The translations under genes were made by a program, and so were the position numbers. Under the pieces are notes generated by a model. The model saw nothing but the letters and a program-made list of their open reading frames with translations. It was not told where the DNA came from and did not search any database. From an uncultured Microthrixaceae bacterium (GTDB lineage Bacteria; Actinomycetota; Acidimicrobiia; Acidimicrobiales; VFJN01), in NCBI GenBank assembly GCA_963727905.1, contig CAVSIC010000005.1, positions 15,696 to 79,695 on the forward strand: DNA of 64,000 bases, read 5' to 3'. Shown here one piece after another: positions 37,347 to 45,890 of this stretch (positions within the stretch are counted from its first letter, which is position 1; each line of letters begins with the position of its first letter).

Positions 37347-38627
37347 CACCCGTCGCTCCACGAGCAGCCCGAGCTGCACGAGGAGCGTGATCCGGATGAG
37401 CACGGCCGAGGGCAGCGCGAGCCGTCCCAGCTCCGCCGTGCTCGAGTGGTACACCGCGATCAGCGCGGGGATCTGCAGGCCCAGCACGACCAGCGGGATG
37501 GTCCAGCGCCGGTCCGCGCCGCGCCGGCGCCACTCCCAGGCCGTGAGGCCGACGACGCCCACGAACACGAACACCACGACCCCAGCCTGTCCCGGTCCGA
37601 ACAGGAGGTCCTCGACGACCTCGGGCAGGACCTCGCGGCCGACGCCGTAGCGGTCGGGGCTGGCCAGCATCACCTCGTCGCCCCGCTCCTTGTCGGCGAA
37701 CGGAGGCCGGTCGCTCACGAGGGACTCGAGCGGGTCGGTGAGCGTGTCCCACGGGTGCAGCGCCAGGTAGCGCACGTAGACGCCGACCCCGTCGGTGTCG
37801 ATCCAGCGGCCGATGCGGCGCCGGGCCGCCTCGTCGCCGGGCTCGGGCATCCCGCGGTCGACGAACCACTGGGTGTCGTCCGGGTCCGACAGGATCCGGG
37901 CGTCGATGATCTGGTTGAGGTTGTAGTGCACCACGTGGGTGTTCCGGCTGTACGTGACGACGGCGAGCCCGGTGAGGACCGCGAGGCCGGCGAGCAGCCC
38001 CCAGGACGAGCGGGCCACGCCCTTGTGGCGAACGGCCCCGGCGACCAGCACGACGGCGAGGGTGGCGACGGCGGCGAGGCCGAGGAGCAGGTGGGCCTGC
38101 CGGGTCCAGATCCACAGCGTCCAGCCGACCAGCACGAGCGCGACGGTGGGCCACCGCGGATCCCCCGCCCACCGGATCAGGGCGCCGAGGAGGAGTGCCC
38201 CGAACGACAGCGCGAGGGACTCGGAGAGGACGGTGGCGTCCCAGCTCGTGACCGCCGTGGTGAGCGACAGGGCCAGGATGGCCAGGAGGATCCCCCAGCG
38301 GACCCGCTCGTCGTACGCCAGGCGGGCGGCCTGCAGGGCGAGGAAGCCCCAGCACAGCCCACCGATGACGGCCTGCACGATGACCCGCTTGGGGTTGGCC
38401 TCGATGAGCTCGTAGAGGAGCGGGGTGACCCACGGCCGCATCGAGCGACCGGTGAAGTCGAGGTTCTCGTAGGTGGGGGAGTCGGCCCAGACGATCGCGT
38501 TCTGGCCGATCACCGCCAGGACGCGCAGGATCCCCGCGCCGAGCACCACCCAGAGCACCGGGCTGGTCCGAACGACCTCTTCTGGCTCGACCTGCTCCGG
38601 CCCGGCGTCGGTCGACATCTGTGCCAT
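37200..38627 (-). CDS. polytopic membrane protein (possible GT-C-like glycosyltransferase; weak)
   Basis: Start at ATG 38627 (MAQMSTD) or 38618 (MSTDAG). At least 9 hydrophobic helices. The last 49 codons run antisense to the 3' end of the methyltransferase gene. The first 50 codons of the track ORF (to 38777) run antisense into the next gene and are rejected. Confidence 0.55.
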   Translation of the reverse strand: MAQMSTDAGPEQVEPEEVVRTSPVLWVVLGAGILRVLAVIGQNAIVWADSPTYENLDFTGRSMRPWVTPLLYELIEANPKRVIVQAVIGGLCWGFLALQAARLAYDERVRWGILLAILALSLTTAVTSWDATVLSESLALSFGALLLGALIRWAGDPRWPTVALVLVGWTLWIWTRQAHLLLGLAAVATLAVVLVAGAVRHKGVARSSWGLLAGLAVLTGLAVVTYSRNTHVVHYNLNQIIDARILSDPDDTQWFVDRGMPEPGDEAARRRIGRWIDTDGVGVYVRYLALHPWDTLTDPLESLVSDRPPFADKERGDEVMLASPDRYGVGREVLPEVVEDLLFGPGQAGVVVFVFVGVVGLTAWEWRRRGADRRWTIPLVVLGLQIPALIAVYHSSTAELGRLALPSAVLIRITLLVQLGLLVERRVSGGLAPPDGGPVDLVDGGGDPAAVAVVVDGPTAGVDAPVVVDEDEAPG

Positions 38628-38631
38628 ATTG
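38625..38631. promoter_or_regulatory. AT-rich core CATATTG carrying overlapping divergent -10-like hexamers (CATATT on +, CAATAT on -)
   Basis: CATATT at 38625-38630, then 7 nt, then ATG 38638 on the plus strand. CAATAT (complement of 38626-38631), then 7 nt, then ATG 38618 on the minus strand. Confidence 0.4.
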
Positions 38632-38637
38632 CCCCCG

Positions 38638-39669
38638 ATGGCCGTGAGGATCGGGTTCATCGGGGCCGGGTTCATCACGCAGATGCACCTGTGGTTCCTG
38701 TCGCAGGCCACCGTCGAGCACGAGGTGGTCGCCGTGTGCGATGTCGACCCGGAGCGGGCGGCGTCCTTGGCGAGCACGGTGGGGGCGGCGGTGCTCGACG
38801 AAGACGGCGTGATCGAGGCCGCCGATGCCGTCTACATCACGACCTGGACCTCCGAGCACCCGCGCCTGGTCGCGAAGGTGGCGGCGGCCGGCAAGGCCGT
38901 GTTCTGCGAGAAGCCGCTCGGCGTCGATGCCGCGGTGGTGGCCGCCATGGTCGACGACGTGGAGCGGGCGGGCGTGATCAACCAGGTCGGGCTGGTGATG
39001 CGGTTCCTCGCACCGTCACGGCTGGTCCGCCACCTGATCGCCGACCCGCGGGCGGGCGCGGTGCTGGCCGTGTCGTTCCGCGACGACCAGTACCTCCCGA
39101 TCCAGGGCCAGTACGGCTCCACGTGGCGCGCCGACCCGGCGCTCTGCGGCCGCGGCACGATGCTGGAGCACTCGATCCACGACGTCGACGTGCTGCGCTG
39201 GTGGCTGGGCCCGATCTCGGCGCTCTCGGCCCGAACGCGGACGCACCACGGCTACGAGCTCATCGACGACGTGGCGGCGGTGCGGTTCGACTTCGAGTCC
39301 GGAGCGGTGGCCACCCTCGTGTCGGTGTGGCACGACATGCTCGAGCGCCAGAGCGGCCGCCACATCGAGGTGCTGTGCGAGCGGCTCCACGTCGTGGTCG
39401 AGGGTGACCTCTTCGGGCCGGTGCGGTGGCAGTACACGGGCGAGCCGGAGCAGTCGCTGAAGGGGAACGAGCTCGAGGCCCACGTCGTCGGCCTCGGCGA
39501 CGACCGGAGCAACCCGGCCCAGGCCTTCCTGGAGGCCGTGCGCGACGGCCGGCCCGCCGACCCGCCGTTCCGCGAGGCGCTACCCGCCCACGCGGTGGTC
39601 GACGCCGTCTACCGCTCGTCGGATGCCGACGGTGCCCCCGAGCGGGACCCCGAGGTCGTGCGCCGCTAG
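38638..39669 (+). CDS. Gfo/Idh/MocA-family NAD(P)-dependent oxidoreductase
   Basis: 343 aa from ATG 38638. Rossmann N-terminus MAVRIGFIGAGFITQMH and EKPL motif (VFCEKPLGV). Confidence 0.85.
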   Translation: MAVRIGFIGAGFITQMHLWFLSQATVEHEVVAVCDVDPERAASLASTVGAAVLDEDGVIEAADAVYITTWTSEHPRLVAKVAAAGKAVFCEKPLGVDAAVVAAMVDDVERAGVINQVGLVMRFLAPSRLVRHLIADPRAGAVLAVSFRDDQYLPIQGQYGSTWRADPALCGRGTMLEHSIHDVDVLRWWLGPISALSARTRTHHGYELIDDVAAVRFDFESGAVATLVSVWHDMLERQSGRHIEVLCERLHVVVEGDLFGPVRWQYTGEPEQSLKGNELEAHVVGLGDDRSNPAQAFLEAVRDGRPADPPFREALPAHAVVDAVYRSSDADGAPERDPEVVRR

Positions 39670-39670
39670 G

Positions 39671-39976
39671 TCAGCCGTCGGCGACGGCGACCACGCCGTC
39701 GATGCCGGTGATCCCGAGGAGCTTGCGGATCGAGGGCGAGACCTCGAACAGCGACACCGCGGTGCCGCTGCGAGCGAGCCCAGCCAGCCAGCCGAGGCCG
39801 GTCGAGTCCATGAAGGTGACCTCGCGGAGGTCGAGCGAGAGGCGCTCCACCTGGGGCTGGTCGAGCTGGTGGACCGCGGTCCGCAGGGCGACGACGGTGG
39901 AGACGTCGATCTCCCCCCGCAGCACGAAGCGGGGATCTTGGGGGGAACCCTCGATCTGGATCTCCAGGTCCGGCAT
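39671..39976 (-). CDS. STAS-domain anti-sigma-factor antagonist
   Basis: 101-aa ORF. LDLREVTFMDSTGLGWL has Ser/Thr in the phosphorylation position. Confidence 0.8.
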   Translation of the reverse strand: MPDLEIQIEGSPQDPRFVLRGEIDVSTVVALRTAVHQLDQPQVERLSLDLREVTFMDSTGLGWLAGLARSGTAVSLFEVSPSIRKLLGITGIDGVVAVADG

Positions 39977-40018
39977 GGCCCAGACATCATGGTGGGCGAC
40001 GCCCGCTCGCGCCAGGCC

Positions 40019-40046
40019 GGTGTTTCCCCTTTCACGGCACGGGTAG
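40019..40046 (+). promoter_or_regulatory. sigmaB/sigmaF-type promoter candidate GGTGTTT-N15-GGGTAG
   Basis: GTTT at 40022-40025, 15-nt spacer, GGGTAG at 40041-40046. The ATGs of the RsbW-like gene are at 40051 and 40057. Confidence 0.45.
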
Positions 40047-40050
40047 GTGG

Positions 40051-40458
40051 ATGGGCATGGCTTCCAGCCGCCGCTTCCGCCGAGACCTCCCCGGGGTCCC
40101 GGCCGCGCGCCGGTTCGTGGCCGAAGCCCTGGCCTCCGCGGGCCTCCCGGCGAGCGACGAGGTGCTGCTGGTGGTCAGCGAGCTGGCCACCAACGCCATA
40201 CGGCACGGGGCCGGCGACATGGAGGTCCGGGTCCTGCCCGGGGTCGGCCAGGTCCGGGTCGAGGTGCTCGACGAGGGGGGTGCCGCCGTGCCCGAGCCGC
40301 CGGGAGCTCCGCCCCTCGCCGGCATCGGTGGCCGTGGTCTCCACCTCGTCCGGGCCATGTCCCAGGCCTGGGGGACGGGGTTCGACGCAGCCGGCCGCAC
40401 CCTCGTGTGGGCCGAGGTGCCTCTGCACCCGGCCCGCGAAGTGGCCCTGTCGGGCTAG
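40051..40458 (+). CDS. RsbW/SpoIIAB-like anti-sigma factor serine kinase (HATPase_c)
   Basis: 135-aa ORF. N-box SELATNAIRHG. G-box region VLDEGG...GGRGLHLV. Confidence 0.8.
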   Translation: MGMASSRRFRRDLPGVPAARRFVAEALASAGLPASDEVLLVVSELATNAIRHGAGDMEVRVLPGVGQVRVEVLDEGGAAVPEPPGAPPLAGIGGRGLHLVRAMSQAWGTGFDAAGRTLVWAEVPLHPAREVALSG

Positions 40459-40850
40459 CGGTCGCGCTCCGACCAGCCGCGGGCCTCGCCGTCGGCGGTC
40501 TCCCAGGCGTGCCGGGACGACACCGCCTCGAGCACCCGGTCGACCATCGGATCGGGGGCGAAGGTGCCGCCCGCGAGCGCGGTGGACGCCTCGAGCCGGA
40601 GCAGCTCGGGGGTGATGCTCATGCGGACCCGGATGGGCTCGCCGGTGCTCGCCTCCATGAGCGTCGACACGACCTCGTCGGCGGCCACGCGGACCTCCTC
40701 GACGGCATCCAGGTCGAGGTTGGCCAGGGAGGCGAGGCCGCTGGCGACCAGGCGGACGATGCGCAGGAGCTGCGGATCGGGCGGGACGACCAGCTCGAGG
40801 CGGGTCGTGCCGTCGACGGTGCTGCTGGCCACGGCGACGTCGGCGTTCAC
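40455..40850 (-). CDS. RsbW-like anti-sigma-factor-like protein without recognisable ATP-binding boxes
   Basis: 131 aa from a GTG at 40848-40850 that overlaps the upstream stop (GTGA). LELVVPPDPQLLRIVRLVASGLASLANLDLDAVEEVRVAADEVVSTLME resembles the N-terminal half of actinobacterial anti-sigma regulatory factors. I cannot find an ExxxNAxxH N-box or a DxGxG box. Confidence 0.55.
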   Translation of the reverse strand: MNADVAVASSTVDGTTRLELVVPPDPQLLRIVRLVASGLASLANLDLDAVEEVRVAADEVVSTLMEASTGEPIRVRMSITPELLRLEASTALAGGTFAPDPMVDRVLEAVSSRHAWETADGEARGWSERDR

Positions 40851-41194
40851 GGTGCCACCTCGGGGAGCACGCGGAAGGCGTCGTTGCCTTCGTCGAGGCT
40901 GGTCATGGCGAGGACCCGGGCCACCATGTCGGACCGGGGTCCGATCTCGAGGGTGCACCCCGCCGCCGTCAGTGCCCGACCCGACATGACGATGGTCCGG
41001 AGGGCCGACGAGTCGATGAAGCCGACCCCCTGGAGGTCGAGCGTGACCGTGTGCGTCCCGCCTTCGGAGGCGCCCTCGAGCGCGGTGGCGAGATCTGGCG
41101 ACGTGCTCAGGTCGAGCTCGCCGCGCACGACGATGGTCCGCCGGTCGCCGGCGACCTCGTGCTCGATCGAGAGTCCCTTGGGCGTGCTGCTCAT
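40847..41194 (-). CDS. STAS-domain anti-sigma-factor antagonist
   Basis: 115 aa from ATG 41192-41194 (MSSTPKGLSIEHE...). LDLQGVGFIDSSALRTI. Confidence 0.8.
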   Translation of the reverse strand: MSSTPKGLSIEHEVAGDRRTIVVRGELDLSTSPDLATALEGASEGGTHTVTLDLQGVGFIDSSALRTIVMSGRALTAAGCTLEIGPRSDMVARVLAMTSLDEGNDAFRVLPEVAP

Positions 41195-41220
41195 CGTTCT
41201 CCGTTCTGGTCCGGCGCCAT

Positions 41221-41973
41221 CTACGTCATCTCCTCGGCGAGCTCGTCGCCGAGCTCCTCGCCGAGCTTCGTGAGGCACGCCCGCAGGATGCGGGAGACGT
41301 GGACCTGGCTGACGCCCACCTCCTCGGCGATCTCCGACTGGGTGAGCCCGGCGTAGAAGCTCAGGTAGACGACGCGACGGTCGCGCTCCGACAGGGTCTG
41401 CAGCGCCCGTTGCACCTCCACCCGATCGGGGGCTGCGTCGAGCTCCTCGTCGTCGGTGCCGAGCACGGCGGGCTCCTCGAGCTCCTGCCCGTCGGCGCCG
41501 ACCGGGCCCGTGCTCAGGGTGCCGGCCCGGTAGGCGGCGCCGGCCTCGAGCGCCTCCAGCACCTCGTCGGGGGTGGCGTCGACGAAGTCGGCCAGCTCGT
41601 CGACGGTGGGGGCGCGGCCGAGGTGGTGGGTGAGCTCCTCCTTGGCGCTGCGCAGCTCGACGTGGAGGTCCTTCAGCCGGCGGGCCACCCGCACCGACCA
41701 GCTGCGGTCGCGGAAGTGCCGCCGGAGCTCGCCGACGATCGTGGGCATGGCGTAGGTGGCGAACCGGACGCCCATCTCGGGGTCGAACCGGTCGACGGCG
41801 TTCACCAGGGCGAGGCTGGCGACCTGGGTGAGGTCGTCGCGGGCCTCGCCGCGACCGGCGAACCGCCGGGCGCCGTGACGGGCCAGCCACAGGTGGTCCG
41901 AGATGAGGGCTTCGCGCAGCGCTGGGCTCTTCGGTGGCGCGCAGCTCTTCGAAGCGCTGTCGCTCCTCGGCAC
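41221..41973 (-). CDS. group-3 (SigB/SigF-type) RNA polymerase sigma factor
   Basis: 250-aa ORF. Region 2 DDLTQVASLALVNAVDRFDPEMGVRFATYAMPTIVGELRRHFRD. Region 4 HTH LSERDRRVVYLSFYAGLTQSEIAEEVGVSQVHVSRIL. The exact start is uncertain. Confidence 0.85.
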   Translation of the reverse strand: MPRSDSASKSCAPPKSPALREALISDHLWLARHGARRFAGRGEARDDLTQVASLALVNAVDRFDPEMGVRFATYAMPTIVGELRRHFRDRSWSVRVARRLKDLHVELRSAKEELTHHLGRAPTVDELADFVDATPDEVLEALEAGAAYRAGTLSTGPVGADGQELEEPAVLGTDDEELDAAPDRVEVQRALQTLSERDRRVVYLSFYAGLTQSEIAEEVGVSQVHVSRILRACLTKLGEELGDELAEEMT

Positions 41974-42074
41974 GATCGGTCGGCACTGGTTCGCGGTCTC
42001 CGTCCACCCTGGCGGTCCACCCTGGTCTGAACGCGGTTACTGCCCGTTACACGCCCGTCTGCAAACCTACCCCC

Positions 42075-42974
42075 GTGACCCTCCTGACCGCTGCCCGCCA
42101 CGAAGGCACCATCCGAGTACGCAACGGCCGTCAGATCGGGGTCGCCGAGTTCGGTCCCACCGACGGCCGGCCGCTCCTGTGGCTCCACGGCACCCCGGGC
42201 GCCCGGCGCCAGATCCCGGACGAGGCCCGCCTCATCGCGGCGGCCGAGGGCATCCGGATCATCGGCATCGATCGGCCGGGGGTGGGCCTCTCCACCCCGC
42301 ACCTCTACGACGCCATCGTCGACCTGGTCCCCGACGTGGAGATCGTGCTCGACCGGCTCGGGATCGGCGACCTGGCGGTGATCGGGCTGTCCGGGGGCGG
42401 GCCCTACACCCTCGCCCTGGCCCACCAGCTGCCCGATCGGGTGCACTCGGTGGGCGTCCTCGGCGGGGTCGTCCCCACCCGGGGCCCGGACGGCGTCGGT
42501 GGCGGGCTCGTCGGCTTCGCCATGCACTTCTCGTCCGTGCTGCCGGTGGTGCGAAAGCCGATGGCCTACGGGCTCACCACGTTCGTGCGGGCGACGAAGC
42601 CCCTCGGCCGACAGATGCTCCAGCTCTACGCCAAGGTGTCCCCGGAGGGCGACCGCGAGGTGCTGCTGCGCCCGGAGGTCGGGGCGATGTTCCTCGACGA
42701 CCTCAGCACCAACGGGGGCAGGAGCATGCAGGCGGTCGTCGACGACGCCATCCTCTTCACCCGCGACTGGGGGTTCTCGCCCCGCGAGGTCATGCAGCAC
42801 GTCACCTGGTGGCACGGCGACGCCGACCACATCGTGCCGCTGGCCCACGCCCAGCACCTCGTCCCGCTGCTCCCGGACGCGGAGCTGCGCATCCGCCACG
42901 GCGAGAGCCACCTCGGCGGCCTCGGCGCCGCGCACGAGGTGCTCCAGACGATCATGGGAGGCTCGAAGGCATGA
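42075..42974 (+). CDS. alpha/beta-fold hydrolase
   Basis: 299 aa from GTG 42075. PLLWLHGTPG and nucleophile elbow GLSGGG, followed by a C-terminal His (GESHLGG). Confidence 0.75.
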   Translation: MTLLTAARHEGTIRVRNGRQIGVAEFGPTDGRPLLWLHGTPGARRQIPDEARLIAAAEGIRIIGIDRPGVGLSTPHLYDAIVDLVPDVEIVLDRLGIGDLAVIGLSGGGPYTLALAHQLPDRVHSVGVLGGVVPTRGPDGVGGGLVGFAMHFSSVLPVVRKPMAYGLTTFVRATKPLGRQMLQLYAKVSPEGDREVLLRPEVGAMFLDDLSTNGGRSMQAVVDDAILFTRDWGFSPREVMQHVTWWHGDADHIVPLAHAQHLVPLLPDAELRIRHGESHLGGLGAAHEVLQTIMGGSKA

Positions 42975-43273
42975 CCGCCTACGTGCTCGTGGAGATCGCC
43001 GTCAGCGACCCGGAGGTCTTCGAGACCTACAAGGCCCTGTCCACCACCGCCCTCGCCGTCAACGGCGGCCGCTACCTGGCCCGGGGCGGCGCCCACGAGC
43101 TGCTCGAGGGCGTCGGGGACCCCGGCCGGGTCACGCTCCTCGAGTTCCCCGATGCCGCCGCCGCCCGCCGGTGGTACGACTCGCCCGAGTACCGGGAGGC
43201 CCGGGCGGCGCGCGCCGATGCCGCCACGGCTCGGTTCATCCTCGTCGAGGGCGTGCCGGAGACCGTTGAGTGA
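42971..43273 (+). CDS. DUF1330-family protein
   Basis: 100 aa. The ATG overlaps the upstream TGA (ATGA at 42971-42974). MTAYVLVEIAVSDPEVFETYK...RVTLLEFPDAAAARRWYDSPEYREA is the DUF1330 pattern. Confidence 0.75.
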   Translation: MTAYVLVEIAVSDPEVFETYKALSTTALAVNGGRYLARGGAHELLEGVGDPGRVTLLEFPDAAAARRWYDSPEYREARAARADAATARFILVEGVPETVE

Positions 43274-43306
43274 GCGGAGCGAACGACCCAGAGGCACAGT
43301 GCACTC

Positions 43307-43323
43307 CGGCGCCGTAGGCGCCG
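43307..43323 (+). terminator. short GC hairpin CGGCGCC-GTA-GGCGCCG after the DUF1330 gene
   Basis: 7-bp stem and 3-nt loop, read directly. No U-tract. Confidence 0.25.
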
Positions 43324-43363
43324 AGGTCACTGGGGGACGGCCATCGACCGCGAGGCCCACCCA

Positions 43364-45322
43364 GTGACCGCGGGCGACGTCCTGTGGACGCCGCCGGCGG
43401 ACGTCCGGGAGCGGTCGGGCATCGGCCGCTACCTGACCTGGCTGGAGGCGGAGCGGGGTCGTTCCTTCGACGGCTACCACGACCTCTGGCGCTGGTCGGT
43501 CGACGACCTGCCCGGGTTCTGGGGCTCGGTGTGGGACCACTTCGCGATCGATCTGGCCGACGGACGACCGGTCGACCCCACCCGCGTGCTCACCGATCGG
43601 GCGATGCCCGGCGCCCGGTGGTTCCCCGACGCCGAGGTCAGCTACGCCGAGCGGGCGCTGCGCGGGCCCGGTGACCGCGTGGCCGTGGTGTCGCTCTCGC
43701 AGACCCGCGATCCGATCGAGCTCACCCTCGCCGAGCTGCGCGACCAGGTGGGCCGCGTGCGGGCCGGGCTGGAGCGCCTCGGCGTGGGGCGCGGCGACCG
43801 CGTCGTGGCGTACCTCCCGAACGTCGCCGAGACGGTCGTGGCGTTCCTCGCCACCGCCAGCCTCGGCGCGGTGTGGGCGTCGTGCGCTCCCGAGTTCGGC
43901 ACGGCCAGCGTGGTCTCCCGCTTCGAGCAGATCGCGCCGAAGGTCCTGCTCACCATCGACGGGTACCGCTACGGCCCGAAGGCCGTCGACCGCCGCGCCG
44001 AGGTCGCCGAGCTCCAGGCCGCCCTCCCGGGGCTCGCGGCCACGGTGCTCCTCCCGTACCTCGACCCCGACGCCCGGCTCCCCGGCACGATCCCGTGGTC
44101 CGACCTCGTCGCCGATGCCGCGGCGCCCGCGTTCGAGCCCGTGCCCTTCGACCACCCGCTGTACGTCCTCTACTCGTCCGGGACCACGGGCCTGCCCAAG
44201 CCGATCGTCCACGGCCACGGCGGGATCCTCGTCGAGCACGCCAAGGCGCTCGCGCTCCAGAAGGACATCGGGCCGGACGATCGCTTCTTCTGGTTCTCCA
44301 CCACCGGGTGGATGATGTGGAACTTCCTGGTGTCCGGGCTGATCGTGGGGGCCACCGTGGTGGCCTTCGACGGCGACCCGGCGTCGCCCGGCCTCGATGC
44401 CCTCTGGGCGTTGGCCGCCGAGCAGCGGATCACCAGCTTCGGCACGAGCGCGCCGTTCCTCATGGCCTGCCGCAAGGCGGGCCTGACCCCGGGCCGCGAC
44501 AACGACCTGTCGGCCCTGCGCAGCGTCGGATCCACCGGCGCCCCGCTGCCGGCGGAGGGGTTCGAGTGGGTCTACGAGGCGGTGGGGTCCGACCTGTTCC
44601 TGTCGTCGATCTCCGGGGGCACCGACGTGTGCTCGGCGTTCGTCGGCGGCTCCGTGCTGCTGCCCGTGCGGGCCGGCGTCATCGCGGCGCCGTGCCTCGG
44701 CGCGAAGGTCGAGGCGCTCTCGCCGTCGGGCGAGCCGCTGGTGGGGGAGCAGGGCGAGCTGGTGATCAGCGAGCCGCTGCCGTCGATGCCGGTCGGGTTC
44801 TGGGGCGACGACGACGGCTCCCGCTACCGGGCCGCCTACTTCGAGCGGTTCCCGGGCCGTTGGCACCACGGCGACTGGATCACGATCGAGGCCGACGGCT
44901 CGTGCGTGATCTCGGGCCGGTCCGACGCCACGCTCAACCGCGGGGGTGTCCGGCTCGGCACCGCCGACTTCTACACGGTGGTCGAGGCCTTCCCGGAGGT
45001 GGCCGACAGCCTCGTGGTGCACCTCGAGGACCCCGAGGGCGGCAACGGGCGCCTGGTCCTGTTCGTCGTCACCGCCGAGGGCGTCGAGCTCGACGAGGAG
45101 CTCACGAAGCGGATCGGTGCCGCGCTGCGCACCCAGCTCTCCCCTCGACACGTGCCGGACGAGGTCCACGCCGTGGCGAAGGTCCCGCGGACGCTGTCGG
45201 GCAAGAAGCTCGAGGTCCCGGTGAAGCGGATCCTGCAGGGCCGTCCGGCCGACGACGTCGCGTCGAAGGACGCGCTGGCCGACCCGACCGCGCTCGACGC
45301 GTACCGCTCGTTCGCGAGCTAG
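43364..45322 (+). CDS. acetoacetyl-CoA synthetase (acetoacetate-CoA ligase)
   Basis: 652-aa ORF. N-terminus LWTPPADVRERSGIGRYLTWLEAERGRSFDGYHDLWRWSVDDLPGFWGSVWDHF and YSSGTTGLPKPIVHGHGG are typical of the AACS subfamily. Confidence 0.85.
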   Translation: MTAGDVLWTPPADVRERSGIGRYLTWLEAERGRSFDGYHDLWRWSVDDLPGFWGSVWDHFAIDLADGRPVDPTRVLTDRAMPGARWFPDAEVSYAERALRGPGDRVAVVSLSQTRDPIELTLAELRDQVGRVRAGLERLGVGRGDRVVAYLPNVAETVVAFLATASLGAVWASCAPEFGTASVVSRFEQIAPKVLLTIDGYRYGPKAVDRRAEVAELQAALPGLAATVLLPYLDPDARLPGTIPWSDLVADAAAPAFEPVPFDHPLYVLYSSGTTGLPKPIVHGHGGILVEHAKALALQKDIGPDDRFFWFSTTGWMMWNFLVSGLIVGATVVAFDGDPASPGLDALWALAAEQRITSFGTSAPFLMACRKAGLTPGRDNDLSALRSVGSTGAPLPAEGFEWVYEAVGSDLFLSSISGGTDVCSAFVGGSVLLPVRAGVIAAPCLGAKVEALSPSGEPLVGEQGELVISEPLPSMPVGFWGDDDGSRYRAAYFERFPGRWHHGDWITIEADGSCVISGRSDATLNRGGVRLGTADFYTVVEAFPEVADSLVVHLEDPEGGNGRLVLFVVTAEGVELDEELTKRIGAALRTQLSPRHVPDEVHAVAKVPRTLSGKKLEVPVKRILQGRPADDVASKDALADPTALDAYRSFAS

Positions 45323-45323
45323 G

Positions 45324-45881
45324 TCAGTCGACCGGCGAGAGGGCGCGGCGCGGGGCCACCGCGACGTCCTCGGGGGTGCCGAGCTCGCGGGTCCAGCAGG
45401 CCAGCTCGAGCAGGATCCCGTCGGGGTCCTGGAAGTACACCGAGCGGACGAACACGCCGGGGTGGACCTCCTTGCTGATGCCGTACTCGCTGTCGTCGTG
45501 GTTGGCGATCTCCGTGCACTCGACGCCGGCCGCGATCAGCCGCTCCCGGTAGGCCTCGATGTGCTCGGGGGCGACGTCGAACGCCACGTGGTTCATCGAC
45601 CCGATGGCGCTCGTGAGCTCGCCCTGGTCGGGCCGGCCACGGGGGGCCGACACGCCAGGGACGGGCTCCGGAGCGTTCGGGAACCAGAAGAACGCGAGCG
45701 AGTCGCCCCCGCCGCAGTCGAAGAAGAAGTGCTGCCCCATGTCGAAGGGCAGGTCGATCGCCTTGATGAGCGGCATGCCGAGCACGTTCGTGTAGAAGTC
45801 GACGGTCCGCTCCATGTCCCGGCACACCAGCGCCAGGTGGTTGATCCCGCGGTACTCGAACGGCTCGGTCATGCCGGTCAC
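45324..45881 (-). CDS. VOC (glyoxalase/bleomycin-resistance/dioxygenase) family protein
   Basis: 185-aa ORF. INHLALVCRDMERTVDFYTNVLGM and MNHVAFDV...YFQDPDGILLELA are paired beta-alpha-beta-beta-beta module signatures. Confidence 0.8.
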   Translation of the reverse strand: MTGMTEPFEYRGINHLALVCRDMERTVDFYTNVLGMPLIKAIDLPFDMGQHFFFDCGGGDSLAFFWFPNAPEPVPGVSAPRGRPDQGELTSAIGSMNHVAFDVAPEHIEAYRERLIAAGVECTEIANHDDSEYGISKEVHPGVFVRSVYFQDPDGILLELACWTRELGTPEDVAVAPRRALSPVD

Positions 45882-45890
45882 CTCTCTCCG

